Below, piece after piece: positions 46,504 through 60,900 of a stretch of 64,000 bases of DNA. The position numbers and the translations under genes are program-made. The DNA comes from Asterias rubens (taxonomy: Eukaryota), in contig NC_047067.1 of NCBI RefSeq assembly GCF_902459465.1, positions 21,452,001 to 21,516,000 on the forward strand. The letters run 5' to 3'. Numbering within the stretch: position 1 is the first letter of the stretch; each line of letters begins with the position of its first letter. The notes beneath the pieces are model-generated. The model worked only from the letters and a program-made list of their open reading frames with translations. It made no database searches and was not told the origin of the DNA.

Positions 46504-49051
46504 GTTAGTCTTAAGCCACGTTCTTACCCCACATCGTCAGGAAATTCCACACTATTTTGTTGGATTTTTCACACTTAACTGCAGGAAATGTTTGGGAAGT
46601 ATTTTTTAACCAAGTTGCAGGTGTTTTTATCCTCCATACGAAGTGTGGACCTGAGAACAAAAGAAGTGCACATAGTGTAGGGACTTGAAACACTTTGTGG
46701 ACTTTCACCCGTCTACACTTATTTTCAGTGTTGTAGAGTAGCATTTTTCTTTAGTGTTCAGAGCTTGCGTTCAAATCAGATACACCCAAGGGTTGTACAT
46801 GTGTTATTGAAGTTTCAAGTCTTGCTTGGGGAAGCTTTAAAAAGATTGAGGTTTCAAATTCATGAGGAATTTTCTAGAATAAAATCCTCAAGATATATAG
46901 CTTTTTCTCAATTTAAAAAAACAATAAAACTATATGATGAATTACTTTCACCAAAGAAGGACTAATTGTGATGATCCAAAGCTCAGGCTAAGCTTTAAAA
47001 AGAGCTTGATCCCATGCACACATGGCTGGCGAAATAATCCAATTCTCCCCCCCCCTGCAAAAAAATATTTTGAAGCACTGTATGTAGAATAGTAATAAAA
47101 AAAAAGAGTACATTATAGCCTATAGGTTGTTTTATACAAAAAATTATTGCTTTATCACCATGGATACCAAACCAGGATGGTCTTTCTGTTTTTGCAGCTT
47201 TGATTGAGGCAAAAACATTAAGTCACTATGTATAAAATACACTAGTTAATTGTTTTTGAATGTTAAGTTTATAATTAATTGCTTCACTCATGGCTCACCG
47301 GCTGTCAACTTTGGGGTCGAAAGTTTGTCTGTAAAATGTAGCATGTCTGTAATGAGCTCGTTAGTAAGATGATTCACGTGTACAAGAAACGTGACACTGT
47401 CACGTTTCAATGATAGCATCCGAGAATTGGATGTACTTGCTCAGCCTTATTAATTAAGTCTTGGGGAAAACTTATAAGAAGTCATTGTTGTGTTTGTTCT
47501 GATTTGTTTTTGTTTACCTGCAATCATTTGTAAGGAGTTCTATAAGGACCTCCAAACTGTTATCCTCTCAAGGTTTAATATAATTATGGCAACTTTACGT
47601 CTAGTTAGAGGTTCATCTGTGAACTATTGAGGTTGAGCTTGATTGTAACCGATAATTATTTCAAAGGCTCTTTAAATTATTATCTGGAAACGATCAGTTT
47701 TGCAAAAAAAGAAAAAGAAACAAGTCTGTTTTGCTATAATTGCAAGTCTGTAAAACACCTATGTTCTAGTTGTCCAAAATCAAAACAAATCACCTCACAT
47801 AATTCATACATTTATCTGAGTCTTGTAAATTGGTGAAAGACACAAAATCACAAATTTCTTTGGTCCTAACATTTCAGAATGTGTTAGGCTTGCAAATAAA
47901 AATGGTAACATTGATGGTCAGTGCTTACAGTGCAACACAAATTTAATTGTCGTAGAGAAGATATATGAAAGTAGAATATTAAGAAATCTAATCTTCAAAT
48001 GAGGCATTTAAAAAAAAACTGTATTTATTTGGGGTTTTAATACCGAGTTGAAAGCATTTCAACAGCCTATTTTATGAATAGTTCCATTTGTTTTATTGGA
48101 AATCTTTGTGAATGTAGTGATGATAATATGCCTTGAAAGATATACTCTTGATTTCATTATTGTTGACAGTTTTGATTTTCTCTGGGGACAACAAAAAGGA
48201 AAGGATACTGTTTGAGATTTGCATCTGATATGCATTTGTGATAGATTGTTTCTGGGTAGTAATTGCAGCCTCGCTAAGGTTCACTGGAAAACAAGTCCAT
48301 TGGTCACATGTATGGTCACGTGCAGACTTGATTGTCTCACGTCCGGCTTCAACCTCCCTCAGCGGGATAACCATCGCAAGACATATCTAAGTCTTCATAC
48401 AGCTGTTGATGCTCTAATAGACCCTTGCTGTAATTCATTTTAAAATCACCTGTGTACAAATAGGTCCTTGATTATCTTCTGATCAATCCATACGGTACTA
48501 ATCCTTTGAACCCACGCTATATGACACGTTTTGGGACATGTGCAGCGTACTTTATTGTAGCACTTCATCCTCAAGATCAACTCCTTGAGGTTTTTTTGTA
48601 GACAGATATTGTGTGCGGCATTTCTTCAACTAGATTGAAAGAAAACTAATAGTGAAACAGCGCTGAGAATTTCAGGACTGATTAATAAGTGATTATTTCT
48701 TTATTGAAAGAAGCTGGAAATTAAAATTGTAGAGTGTTCTGAACTTGAACAAGTGGCAATGTCATCTTCAATTTGGAAGGCAGTACTTACATGATAAATG
48801 AATTTTACAGTTTGGAGAAATAATTTGCATTTTGTGTTTATAAAAATAATAGCAACCATACATGTACAAACACAGTTCTTCACTCACAATAATTTTGGTG
48901 CCGTTGTTGATAGGCTGCATTTTAAACTGTATACTGCCCTCTGTTGGGCTGTGGTTGTTGAAGATATTGGACGTGCACTTTTATTTTAGCCTAGCCCTGC
49001 AAGATTTTGTTAAATATTTTCATGATGTGTTTTTTTGGAGACCACCAACAT

Positions 49052-49148
49052 AGGGCTGGATAGCTCGGGTGGTGGAGCACCAGCGCATTAATCTGGAGGT
49101 AGCGGGTCCAAGTCCAGCCCTTGTCAATGCTTCTTTGTTCAACCCCAA
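49052..49148 (+). mobile_element. tRNA-like SINE head or tRNA pseudogene
   Basis: agggctgga...tccagccct forms an acceptor-like stem and gctc/gagc a D-stem. The T-arm is degenerate (ggtccaagtcc), so it is not an intact tRNA. Confidence 0.6.
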
Positions 49149-49896
49149 ACGATTTATAGAAATACATAGCATGAAATGGTCACTGGTAGAAAATGAGTTT
49201 TAAAGGGCCTGCCCTTTTGTTTTTAAGTACATAGCCAACCGGACTCATGAACTTTCCATTTGTCTTAGAATGTTCACACTATGAGCATAATATAAAATGT
49301 TTTGTGCAGATTTTATGCAAATGATAATTTTGGGTAGTAACTGACTTTTTGTGTTGCATTTCGCTCTACTGTACAAGGAAAACCCTTCAATTATAAACAA
49401 ACCCACACCAAAATTTGTGGAGATGTAGTGCAGGATAGTCTCTGTATCCTTTGAAAATGTCTCATACATGTACAACTGTGTTTGGAGATTGTGATTCAAC
49501 TTAAAGGGTAGACTCCTGCCCTCAAGACAGAATTGTGTACTTTTTGGTCAAATAAACAAACCGCACCTCTTTCAGTGGCACCCAGGACTCATGATCAAGA
49601 CATTAAGGAGACGTTTGTACCTTGTAGAGCTGGAAAACCTTATTTGCATAATTCCAAATTTCTTTTACTCACCTGAACAAAAAAACAGAATATGTTTATG
49701 ACCTGCCAAGGTTCAACAGGATTTCCTGGACCCGTCTCCGAAACTAGGATGTTCAAGTTCCTTTTCTGTGTCAAAAAAAAAAATGCGCTTTCATTTTGAA
49801 AAGCAGAACAAAAGCTGTTTGATGGGTGGGTGTTTTTCTGACGAGCTCTTTTGATAGTGTGTTGGTTCTAACTATATTTTTGTTTAATTCTTAAGC

Positions 49897-50171
49897 ATTG
49901 TGAGAAACGGCTCCCTCTGAAGTAACATAGTTTTCGAGAAAGAAGTAGTTTTCCACGAATTTGATTTTGAGACCTCAGATTTAGAATTTGAGTCTCGAAA
50001 TCGAGCATCCGAAAGCACACAACTTCATGTGACAAGGGTGTTTTTCTTTCTTAGTATCTCGCAACTCCGATGACCGATTGAGCTCAAATTTTCACAGGTT
50101 ATGCATATATTGAGATACGCCAAGTGAGAAGTGGTCTTTGACAATTACTAATAGTATCCAATGTCTTTTAA
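49897..50171. mobile_element. Partial copy of the TTAA-flanked MITE family found at 57694
   Basis: It shares tgtgagaaacg(g/a)ctc(c/t)ctctgaagtaac and ggtctttgacaattac...gtc...ttaa with 57694-57974. Confidence 0.7.
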
Positions 50172-52384
50172 TTTAAAAAGAAACCTTTGAAGTGTAGATG
50201 ATGGATCTGATATGAGCTGGTTGATTATTCTCCATGGTTTAATTAGCTCTAGTTGTATAGTCAGAGGACTACCCAGGATGACATGCAAAATGGAGCCTCA
50301 TTTGAGATGACAACCTATCTATTAAATGGAACTTAAAGTCATTTTAAAGGAATTTAATGTGATGCCATATTTACTACATTCGTTAGGCTTACTGAACAAG
50401 GAGCTTACTACTAAAAGACATTGTAAACATCCCGTATTACTGATATTCTAACCGAATGAAAGTCAGAAAAGCAAGCGTATATTGACAAAATAAACCCAGT
50501 CTATGCTTACAGTGTATAGAGGAGTGTACTGTAGTTGGCAGTTGGCGGTAGGCGTATTGTGAGAGATGCACAGTCTAAGCAGCCCTGACCTAGATGTACT
50601 TGTTCATCTATGTATGTGCTCGGCCTACTTTCTTGATGTTTCACTTAAATCTCTTAATCACACCCTGTCCTAGTTCTCTTCCCTTTTTGCATATTTGCTC
50701 TAAATGTTCTAATTTAATGATGTGTACCAGCTGGGAAACCATGCAGAAAACTGTCTGAATGTGATTCATTAAATAACATCTGGTTAGTTTTTGCTTGAAA
50801 TTTCGGCATAACGGTTCTATTTGTTTACTTCAGAACCACTTTAGATTGTTGACCTACAAACGTAAAAACATCGGGGATTACACAATTCAGAGAGATAAAC
50901 AAATTAATACGTAAGCGGCTTTTACTTTGTAAAAATAACTTTGTTAGAATCCTACTTTTTTTCAAATAGAAAAAAAACAAACATTTTCACAATTTTAACA
51001 AAAAAGGCTGTCCTTTTAAAAACCTTTTTCAACTTTGGTTTAAAAAACGGTTTTATTTTTAAGCACACTGTAAGTAACTGCGCCATTCTCAAGAGATTTG
51101 TGAGATTGTGTATGGGCCAGTTCAGTCAATTTGTAAGTTTAAAGCAGTGTGTAATCCATCAGATGGATAACAATTGGTGCTTTGTTTAACATGTTTTCAG
51201 GTGGAAATGGACAACTCATGAGGTTGACATTAGATTTTAATGTAGTCTTAGCCGCAGGAGTTATTTTGCACCATTCTTACAAATTAAACAAAAAGTAAAT
51301 TTTTTGACTTTTCCTGCGCCTTATCTGTAATTTTGACTGAAGAAAATGGCCAACGTCTTTAGGAGTTTCAGCAAACTTAGAGATGTCTTATATCCAGATC
51401 CTAGCTAATATCTTCTGTATATTAATTTTAAAACTTGTCAACAAATGAAGGCTCTCCCAAAATGAGCTAGAACATCCAACGCACGCCTATTGAGGAACAG
51501 CGTGCGCAGTGCAGCTGGATTTCCCAATCACATTCCACCCCCCTCTCAATCAACTCTTGACTTTCATGTTCACGGATGGCACAGAAATGTCAGCAATAAT
51601 GAGCCCAGCCCTGGATTTTTTTGTCTCGGGCCTACTGTCTCCCTCTCTGCCGGCAGCCCGCCACCCCGCCACCAATAACAAGCCAGTACCAACGAGCAGA
51701 AATTATATTGTTAACATCAATTCAGTGGGTGCATTCATCCATCATCAATGCAATGTCATTAGTCACGGTATACACCGAGCAGTGCTACAAGGGTGCTCTT
51801 CCGGCCCAGTTACGATTCCGATCCTGCGATCCACTGGCCTTGGTGCTGCTACTATGAGGATGGCAATGTAGTCTGCATGTCTCACGTCCCTCGCAAACCC
51901 CCGTATTTTTTTCCCTTTTTGTCGTTGCTTGAATTAGGTCAAGCCGAAGGGAAAGTTACGGAAAGCCTGGCCCGCTGCTTCGTCACTCAGTGCATTTCTA
52001 ACACATGGCTGGATCATGCACAAATCATATAATCAGCCTGCCGGGATTGTTTCAAGATGACGATGGGCCAATTGGTCGCTTGGCCTAGTTTGCCAGACGT
52101 GCTGTGGCCTAGATATGCCATCCGGGTGCCAAATGATGGAAGGGAGGGGGGTGGGGTGGGGGGGGGGGTGGACTTCAATAAGAAATGAGCCACAAGCATT
52201 TTTTGGAAGGCTAGCATTCATGGTGGCCGCCAGTGCCAGCAAACTGGTGTTATGGATGTGCACATGTTTCAGAAGGATTGAATGTTAGAAAAACCTGTGG
52301 CAAGAAAATTAAAAAGGTTTTTGTAAATTTGTAGGAATACGTAACAGATTGTGTGAAAAATAAAGTGTGCAGTACATTACTTTG

Positions 52385-52510
52385 CTGCAATCACTGATGC
52401 TCCCTAGTAGCTGGTAGGCCTATAAATTAGAAACAGACGACCACCAACTGCAATCACTAATGCTCCCTAGTAGCGGGTAGGCCTATAAATTAGAAACAGA
52501 CGACCACCAA
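52385..52510. repeat. Tandem duplication, 2 x 63 bp
   Basis: ctgcaatcact(g/a)atgctccctagtagc(t/g)ggtaggcctataaattagaaacagacgaccaccaa occurs at 52385 and 52448. Confidence 0.9.
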
Positions 52511-53396
52511 AAGTGTAGTCATTAGTGTGTTTGAAATTGTTATTGACTGGTCTCCCTTCCTCACAACAACAGTTGCAATGTTTTTGTTTTTTTCAATTTT
52601 ACTATACCATTGAAGCTCAATTTCATCTGCTCAGTGCTTTAATGTCTTTAACGCAATTTTATATCAAAAATTATCAATATGGAGACATGAAATTATGTGT
52701 GTGGCTTGGTGTGTACTTTCCTTTTTACTCATTGCGCACTATACACATTACCAACAATGCATGACAGATACATGGATTTCTGCTCTTACCCCTTTGAACA
52801 TGACACGGGCATCAAACAACACAAAAGGTAAACGCAGAAAAAGGTCAAAGCAGAAAGTATCTGCTAATGATTTTGGAGTGGGAGGGTTACAAAAAATCTT
52901 CAGTCTCCCCTCTTCCAAAGTGTTTATACTTTATAGGATTTCCTTTTAAATCAAACTTTATTCAGCCAGGTATTGCGTTTTTAGGGGAAGCAGTTAAGTA
53001 CACACATTGATGAACAGAGCTGTTTTAGCAGCTGCCAGCTCAGCTGTTTCTGTATTGGAATGAGCAATTCTCCAGAAGTGTTTTTTCCTTCTTTTTTCCC
53101 CTCAAAACATTTCTGAAAACCAGTTTAGCGGGCGGATTTCAGCCATATTTGTTTTCTGTTTAACACAGATTTACATGATGAAATTGCAATTGTACACCAA
53201 ACATTATTTTGTTTATTCAATTCAATTCAATTTAGTGGAACATTTATTTCCGCATTGGACATGGATACATTGTCTTTAAAGCCGACAATTTGTAAACCTT
53301 CAAACTTACATCTTGTTTCTTGTAACAAAATTGTGAATTTGTCAAAAGATTACATTTCTGACTGATTGTCCCAGTCAGTTTTGGTACAGTGTGTTT

Positions 53397-53720
53397 TATT
53401 CATTTTGGTTTTTACCCATACACCGATGTGTGTTAGCACTGTATACTCAGTACTTTCCCGAGTCCTGTGAAAAAATATCACAGGCATGTTACTCGGGTGG
53501 GATTCGAACCCACGACCCTTGCAATTATAGAGCAGTGTCTTACCAACTAGACTACCGAGGTTGCCCGGCAGCTAGAGGCAGTTCGAATCCTATGTTTTGG
53601 CAGCGGGTACAGCAACGATATAATAGATGTTAAATTTGCATCGGGGATAAAGTATATTCATTTTGGTTTTTACCCATACACCGATGTGTGTTAGCACTGT
53701 ATACTCAGTACTTTCCCGAG
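53397..53720 (-). mobile_element. tRNA-derived SINE in a tandem unit of about 258 bp (about 1.3 copies)
   Basis: The reverse strand carries ggtagtctagttggtaagacac...gggttcgaatcccacc (A and B boxes). The block tattcattttggtttttacccatacaccgatg...tttcccgag repeats at about 53397 and 53655. Confidence 0.75.
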
Positions 53721-55229
53721 GTGAAAAAATATCACAGGCAGTGTGTTTTGTTTGTTTATTTGTTTGCTTGATTTCTTTTTTAGGTAAAAAACAAACAAAA
53801 TGGGGGGAGGGTTCTTGCTGTTCCTTGCTCTATGCTTCAGAGGGAAATACCTCCCCGGTGGTCTGCTTGTGTGTTTTTATGTTAGTAGTTTCATCAACTT
53901 GACAGCTTATATGAACTTTCAGAATAAAGCTTTGTCAGCTTGTTTAATAGGACCTGATTTCAAGAAAAGTTTGCTTAACAAAATCAAAGAAGGAAACTAG
54001 GTAGGCCTATATGTTATTTGGTGTGGTATTTTGGCTGGTAAACTGTTTTTCTGGTAGGCAGAAGTGTGCTGTACTTAGCAAGTATTAGTATGTTCCAGCA
54101 GCTCTTTGATTGTCCCCCTGTTCAATTATGGCCAGTGCAGTATCATGCATAGTGGGTGTTCTAGGTTGTTGTGAGTATAAGAATTCACAACTCTATTTAT
54201 TATATTTACAGGAAAGGGAGAGTTTTTACCCCCATTTTCCTATTTTTAAGGCAATTTGGATTATTTTTTAAAAACCTTGGCCCAATGTCGTACAGCTGAG
54301 ATCTTATTCTCAGCTGTAATTTCTGCTAATCAAAAACAGGAAAACAGTCTAAGCAGGAAAACAGTCTCAAATGATACAATGGTATTAAGGCTGATAGCCT
54401 TCTGGTAAAGTAATCTGGTTGCTGTGAGATTAGCTTCTAAATAGGGCTCTATTGCATATTGTGCTGTTTATTTACTACACGTATCGCTATCGTTTAATGC
54501 AACATTAAACGTGTCTGAGAGGCTGTATAGAGTATTTTATAGTGTGAGCAACGAGACACTCTAAAATAGCTAATAATGCAATTTTGCTGCTGATTGAAAA
54601 CCTAATCTATGAAGCTATGATTGCAAACCAGTTGACCTACTTTAGGAGAATGTGCACCTATCCACTTTCCTGATTGACCTGTGATACATGGAGATTTCCC
54701 CTCCCCCCCCCCCCTCGATCTGAGCCTCATTTATTCCCGATGTCCGCCCCTCCTAAAATTGACCTGATTCTAGCTGACACTGCTTGCTCTTCTTTTTTTT
54801 CCCCTTTATTCCTTTTTTCCCCTGTTTGATTGGGGAGAGTACAAGGCTAGGTCAATGAACCATACGGGGTTGACACTGTCTCACCACATTCAACCAGTCT
54901 GGTTCCTGGTTCACTAAGAGTGAAACTGGAATAATCCGGTAGACAAACAACCTAAAAATAGAAAAAAAAGACAGATGAATGCCAACTAAAGGACCATGGA
55001 GTGAGCCAGAGAATCGGACATTAAGAAAACAATGTTGAGAGAGAGAGAGAGAGAGATGGGGAAACAAATGCAGTACATTCAACACGTGTTTTAATGCCAA
55101 TGATGCGAATAACACACCCAAATGACAGTGAGAAGTCGGGGTCTGAATGGTGAAATCCATATAGGCCTGCGGGGGCCCAGGGCTGCCATTTCACGCCATG
55201 GCCCACCTCGATTGACCTTGCCGGAGCTC

Positions 55230-55494
55230 CCTACTGGCCAATCACAAACCGGCCCTCTGACGTCACTGACCCAGTTTTATTATTTTTTTCCCTCTTCTAT
55301 TGAATGCCCCAGATGTTGTGTGTGTGTATGTATAATTTTTCCTCCCCCTCTGGTATACAAGGGCATTGGTTTTATAGGCTGTTTGTTTTGAGGGAGTTGG
55401 ATTTCTTGTGGTTGTCCGTTGCTGCTGGGGTTCTAGAGACACTTCGTCCAAGGACAGAGGGGTAGAGGACCAGACTTGAAGGTGCTTGACACAC
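55230..55494 (+). promoter_or_regulatory. Candidate promoter and first exon of a gene whose coding exons are not visible in the window
   Basis: CCAAT at 55238-55242, a full CRE TGACGTCA at 55258-55265, then a GC-richer segment ending in the donor cac|gtaagc at 55494/55495. Confidence 0.35.
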
Positions 55495-56984
55495 GTAAGC
55501 CCTGCTGGCTGACAAAAGACAACTTGGCCCAATTTCTAATCTCACTGGTACCCCTGGTTTTATGGCCTTGTTACTCGTCTTTGAAATTAAACAAAAATTA
55601 CTTAGGGTTGAACTTTTTTAAAGTGCAGTGCACAAAACTGTGTACATTGGAAACTGTTAATTTTAAGAGGTCATGAGAAAACAAAGAAATTCTAACATAC
55701 TTTTGTTCAACATTAGTTCTTGTATTTTTTCATGCAGGAAACTCCTTTGATTTCTTTTTTTCATATGTGACAATTTGATAGCAACTTGGCAGATGTCGAG
55801 CCCAATTGGCATCAATCCATTAAGATCAATTGAAATACTTGCATTCTGACCCTCTTCTGCATTTGTCTTGATCTTAACTACGAGCTGAAAGATAACTTTC
55901 CACGTTGCCGTTGCTGAAATAGCGTCTGATTTACAGTTAGTGTATCGCATGTTGTCTGACGCCCTTTGGCCAAATGTCAAGAAGTTTGATACAACCGGTT
56001 TCTAGGCCAAGCGCATCCCATAAAATTGTCATGAATGAGACCCGACGCCCTCGCTCCAGCTAAATCATGAGGAAGTAGGTTAAATTTACAGTATGATGTC
56101 ATGGCAGCTCCTGACCCCCTTAAAAGTAATGGAGCTGACTCTATTAGAGAAAAAAACCCAGGAAAGTGAGAAAAGTTCCAAATAAATCTGCAGCTTGAAG
56201 AATCAGGCCGTAGCTTGGGTCTCATGAATGATTGAGTTAAAAGCAATATTTTTCCGGACTTTTTTCATGTCCCATTTCTGTCATGTGTTAGCTACAATAT
56301 TGCATTAATATAACCCTTGTAAAAGAAGTGCCTCACAATAACAACTACCAAATCTAGGCAGTAAAAATACTTGATTTTTTTTTGAAAAGTCAGTAAAAGT
56401 GTACTGAGGACGACTATCCAAGTACTTATAATAAACACATGTAACACACTAAAATTTAACTAAAAGGCAAGTTAAAAAGTAAGAAGAAGATGAAATCCAA
56501 ATGTTTAAAAAACTGAAAAAGTATTGAAAAAGACGATAAATACTGCAGGTACAAGGGAACAAAAATTAGAACACAGAACACTCCTATCTGATACAAAAGC
56601 TCCCTGCTTCACTTATTTTGACTGATACTTTCTCTTTTTTGGAGAGAGAAAGTCACTTTGTCTGTTTTCCCATCAGTTTCAAATGATTTCAAATGTTGTA
56701 ACTTCGAGTATGAGTAGCAAAGTTCTGAAAAAAAATAATGTACTGTAGTTCTAAAAGAAGAAAAGTTGTAGGTCTTTGGTCCAAGATCATCAACATTAAC
56801 AGATGAGTAGGACTAAGACCACAGGGCTCGATAACCAAGACTCCTATAAGACTTGAGATCTGTATCAATTGGGTAGGAAGAAGAGCAGTTTGGGTGTAGG
56901 TTCAAAGTAAACCACCATATAGTCCATCATTTGACATCTAAGGGATCACTGGTTTAGAGGAAGCTATGAGAAGAACCAATTCCT

Positions 56985-57073
56985 GAGAGCAATTATTGAT
57001 ACTCAAGACATAGCTTGGGAAATGAGTGGAGAGCAATTATTTATACTCAAGACTAAGCCGGGGAAATGAGTGG
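56985..57073. repeat. Short direct repeat, 2 x about 44 bp
   Basis: gagagcaattatt(g/t)atactcaagac...gggaaatgagtgga occurs twice. Confidence 0.75.
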
Positions 57074-57693
57074 AATATGTTGTGGGGGACTCCAGGCTAT
57101 GAATGCACCTTCCCTTCCACTCTTTCCAACAGGTCTGAGCGGATCACAAGAGTGTCACAATCATCGCTTTTATACATGTATCTTGAACTCTAGTATTCCC
57201 AAGTCTGAAGAGCTTTTATTCACATGATTTTTGTCTTCATTTGTCAGTTGATCGTTCCATTCTCTCCTTCCCGCACTCTCTTCAATAGCCCAATCCCCTC
57301 GAGGTGTCCAGGGGGAAAATTTACGTCCTGGTAAAGGCGCACACCCGAACTGCGATGAAAGACTGTTGTTTTATTTTGTCACACGATCCGGTGCGAACTC
57401 ATTACAAGGGGTCAACGAACCCTATCACTTGACAAAACTAAGTCTTGGTGAATCTAGCTCATGATCCGGGGTCGTGACCCCTACCATAATGTTCCCCTGT
57501 TCAAGTGAGTGTGTACGTGTTTGCTGGGGTTGAGAGAATGTTCTGAGAAATCTATGTCGGGGTTACATCCAAGACAGCATGGGGAGACTTAATTGACGCC
57601 CGTACTGCTATAATCTGTCTTTCCTTACTGAGATGGGACGTTTGTTACTCTTTGTGTTCAACTGCTCTTCGGACCAAAGAGACCTGGAATATT

Positions 57694-57974
57694 TTAAAGG
57701 CAGTGGACACAGTTAATTATTACTCAAAATATATGTTAGCATCAAAACTTACTTGGTAAGGAGCAATGAGGACTTGATAGTATAACATATTGTGAGAAAC
57801 GACTCTCTCTGAAGTAACTAAAGTTTTTGAGAAAGAGGTAATTTTCTCACTAAACTAGTTGAATATGAGAAAGACCTCAGTCCGGAAACCTTTCTATTTT
57901 ATGCATTTATGGTGGGATACACCAAGTGAGAATACTGGTCTTTGACAATTACCAAACATGTCTAGTGCCTTTAA
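57694..57974. mobile_element. TTAA-flanked MITE (Kolobok- or piggyBac-type termini)
   Basis: TTAA|aggcagtggaca ... tgtctagtgcct|TTAA; the TIRs differ by 2 mismatches. The superfamily is inferred from the TTAA flanks. Confidence 0.75.
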
Positions 57975-60900
57975 AGCAAGATTGTTCTCTGTCTTACATA
58001 AAATACACAGACTTGGCTAACTTTTTTATCAAGTGTGGTTGGTCACAAATTCAGTTGTTTGTTATGGATTATGCTAAATACTTTGGATTAGAAGACTTGG
58101 TCTTGGGGAGAAAATGTATTTCAAAAAGTTTTGCTCTTCAAGAATGGCTTTGAGTGTTTTCTTATGGGTGAAAACAACATCACACACAGGACAAACAATA
58201 ACTCTGCTAGTTGTTGGTACTTTGGATGGCAGCAAGCGATGCCAACTGGTAAAACTCTTATGTTGCTGTTACTTATTACAACAAGATCAAAGAGCAAGGG
58301 CAACTTTCTACGTCCACGTCACTCATTTTCTACATCCACGTCACTTACGTCCACGTCACTTCAGAATGCATGCTTGCAATAATCATAACAAAGGTTCTTT
58401 TGTTCTTTTCTGAGGTCATTGCCTAGGTCAACAATGTCCAGTAACATCAAACAACTGAAAGGAAACCATGTTTATGACCATACATAGAAAGAGCGCATTA
58501 CAATACTGAATGACACAACAATGCAAATAGGTTAACTAGCTAAAAACAAACCGTTTTTTTATTTCTTGCTGAGGCCATCAAAATTCAACAACCTCAGCAC
58601 ACAAAGAAAGAACTGTGCTAACTGTTAATTGGTGCTATGCAACAAAAATTCTTTTCTAAAAGAAAAGTTGTCTGTTTTTGTTGCTGATGAGGTCAACAAA
58701 ATAATCACAACATCTTATATATAATTGTGGGAAAATAGAATTAGCTGTTTCAAACTGCCTAGTCCTACTTACCAAAATGACTATTAATGCAATGGCCTGA
58801 TGTTTCGACCCTAGCAGAGTCTTTCTCGAAGGATACAAAATTAATGTTGATTGAACATATACAGAGGAATGCTGCAACGTGTCGAATGCAATCAAAGTAA
58901 AAAGATGGTCCAAAGTTTGTGTCCTCTCTGATAGTGCAAATGCTTGAAACCTGTTGCCAGATCTTGACAGTTTATTTGTTCGATAATGAACCATGCTGTT
59001 TTAGTGTGAAGTTAAAAGAATGGACTTTATATTTTCTAAATATTTCTATATATACTTTCTTCTAATTCTTCTGACGTTTCCTTCACCAGTTTTTGTATTA
59101 GAAGCATCTTGAAGATAGAAGCCAGTCAATTGGATTAATCTTGTAGACCAGGGTTTGAGATCTAGGCCAATGGATTGGTGAATCGACAAGTGTCATTAAT
59201 GACAGTCTCTCCAGTAATTGTGAAGACAGCTGTGAAATGTTTTAGCCTCAAATGCGAGGTGGCGGTGTTCTGAAAAGCGTAAAAGGGTTTCTTTGATTTT
59301 GAATGTCTTAAATCTGTTTGCAGGTCATTTTTATGGGTGTGCGTACATCAAGATGTCAAAACAAGGAGCTCTTAAAATCAGTTAGGGCTCTGATGATTGT
59401 TAAGAACAAGGAAACTGTCAGAATCTGTGCTGGGAGTAAACTAGATCAGGAAGCAACATAGCTGTCTTTTCCTTGTAATTCCTTTCTAAGTTCATAGGCT
59501 TGTCCTTTTCAGATTTTGTGTGTGCGGTCCAGTTAAGCATGATAATTTGCCCAAATGGTGAACAGGCCTAAATACCTGCCCCTGGTCACTGCCTTGGTGC
59601 CCCTCCAAATGTCCCAATGGTTAGGAGAAAACGCAATTAAAGGTGAAGCATCAAGCTGATTGGTGATTATCGATTAGGGTCGATTTCACTCAATCTTTAA
59701 ATTATTCTTGTGAAAACTAGCTCGGGTTCCCTATTCACATAAAACAAGTCCAAGTTTTGTTACTTTAATAAATTTTAGTTGAAACGCTTATGGTTGCCAC
59801 CCTTAAAAAGTAAAGTACATAACACTAGGATTTTGGGGTTCAGAAATCTTTTTGGAAAAAGAATATTACATTAGCTATGTAAAGTGGTCATCAACCAAAT
59901 CAAAAGGATCTACAAATGCATTAACATTTTGTATAAAGGCCTCACAATTCGACCCTAGTGGAGTCTTTCTCAAAGGCTAAATCGACAACACAATATGCAC
60001 ACAATTGCATCAAATATAAATACCCGTTTTGTAAACTGCATTTTCCCCTAGAGGAGAAACATAAACCTGAATATAGATGGCCCAAATCTGGCCTATTTAA
60101 ACTAGCACAAGCATTGATCGAGAACAGGAAAAGCTCAACACACAGTTTATATAGGTCAATCAGGCAGGCCGATGACCTTGTAAGAAAAGACCAACTTGCA
60201 CTTGTTCATTGTAGATCGGAGGTCCATGACACTGGTTTAACAACAGAACCCCCAAAAATTACAACTCTTATCAGTGAAGGGAACCCTGTCAACTCTCTCA
60301 GTTTGGTTGGTGGAAGTGCTTGAACCCACTTGCCATTTTGGGAGAACCTCGCTGTGGTTGTGTGAGAGACTACATGTAGCTGGTTCTAATTGGGTCAGAT
60401 TGATTAGTGACTTCAAAGTGTGAAACAATCCAGCTTGATCTTTGCCGTTTTTTTCTGCTGTGGAGGTTCAATCTATTGGAAGGTAAGCTGGTCTTATACC
60501 TGAGTTTTTTATGGTTGTTTCCTTTAAATTAAAAGCAGTTTAAGTGCAGTTCCCCTACACAGTTAAACTGTTGTGAAAAAGGTACCATACTTTATGATGT
60601 ACATTTTCTATCCTGTGAAATTGGATTAAAACAATTAGAGGTCAATTGATATAGGAATTTGTTAGTAGGCTTTTTGTCTTGGCACATTCTTATAACCAAC
60701 AATGTGCTAATATTCTGTTCAGAATGAACAGGTGGATTTAAAATTGTCTTAAAAAACTAGAAAAACTATTGATTGCCAAAAAAAGTTGAAAGATGGAAAA
60801 TATTTGCATCATGTTTTTTATTTTAGAGTACATTTTCTGTGTGTACACTTCCAGCAACCTTTTCGTGCAAAATTAACGTTTTTAACGGCACACTGCTTCT

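Noticed and set aside
49052-49121. Functional tRNA gene
   Set aside because: The T-arm and B-box are degenerate, the anticodon stem is mismatched and a SINE-like tail follows.
51490-52263. Several 60-120-aa ORFs in a GC-richer island
   Set aside because: They show no recognisable domains or consistent splice sites. The island is treated as a candidate regulatory region.
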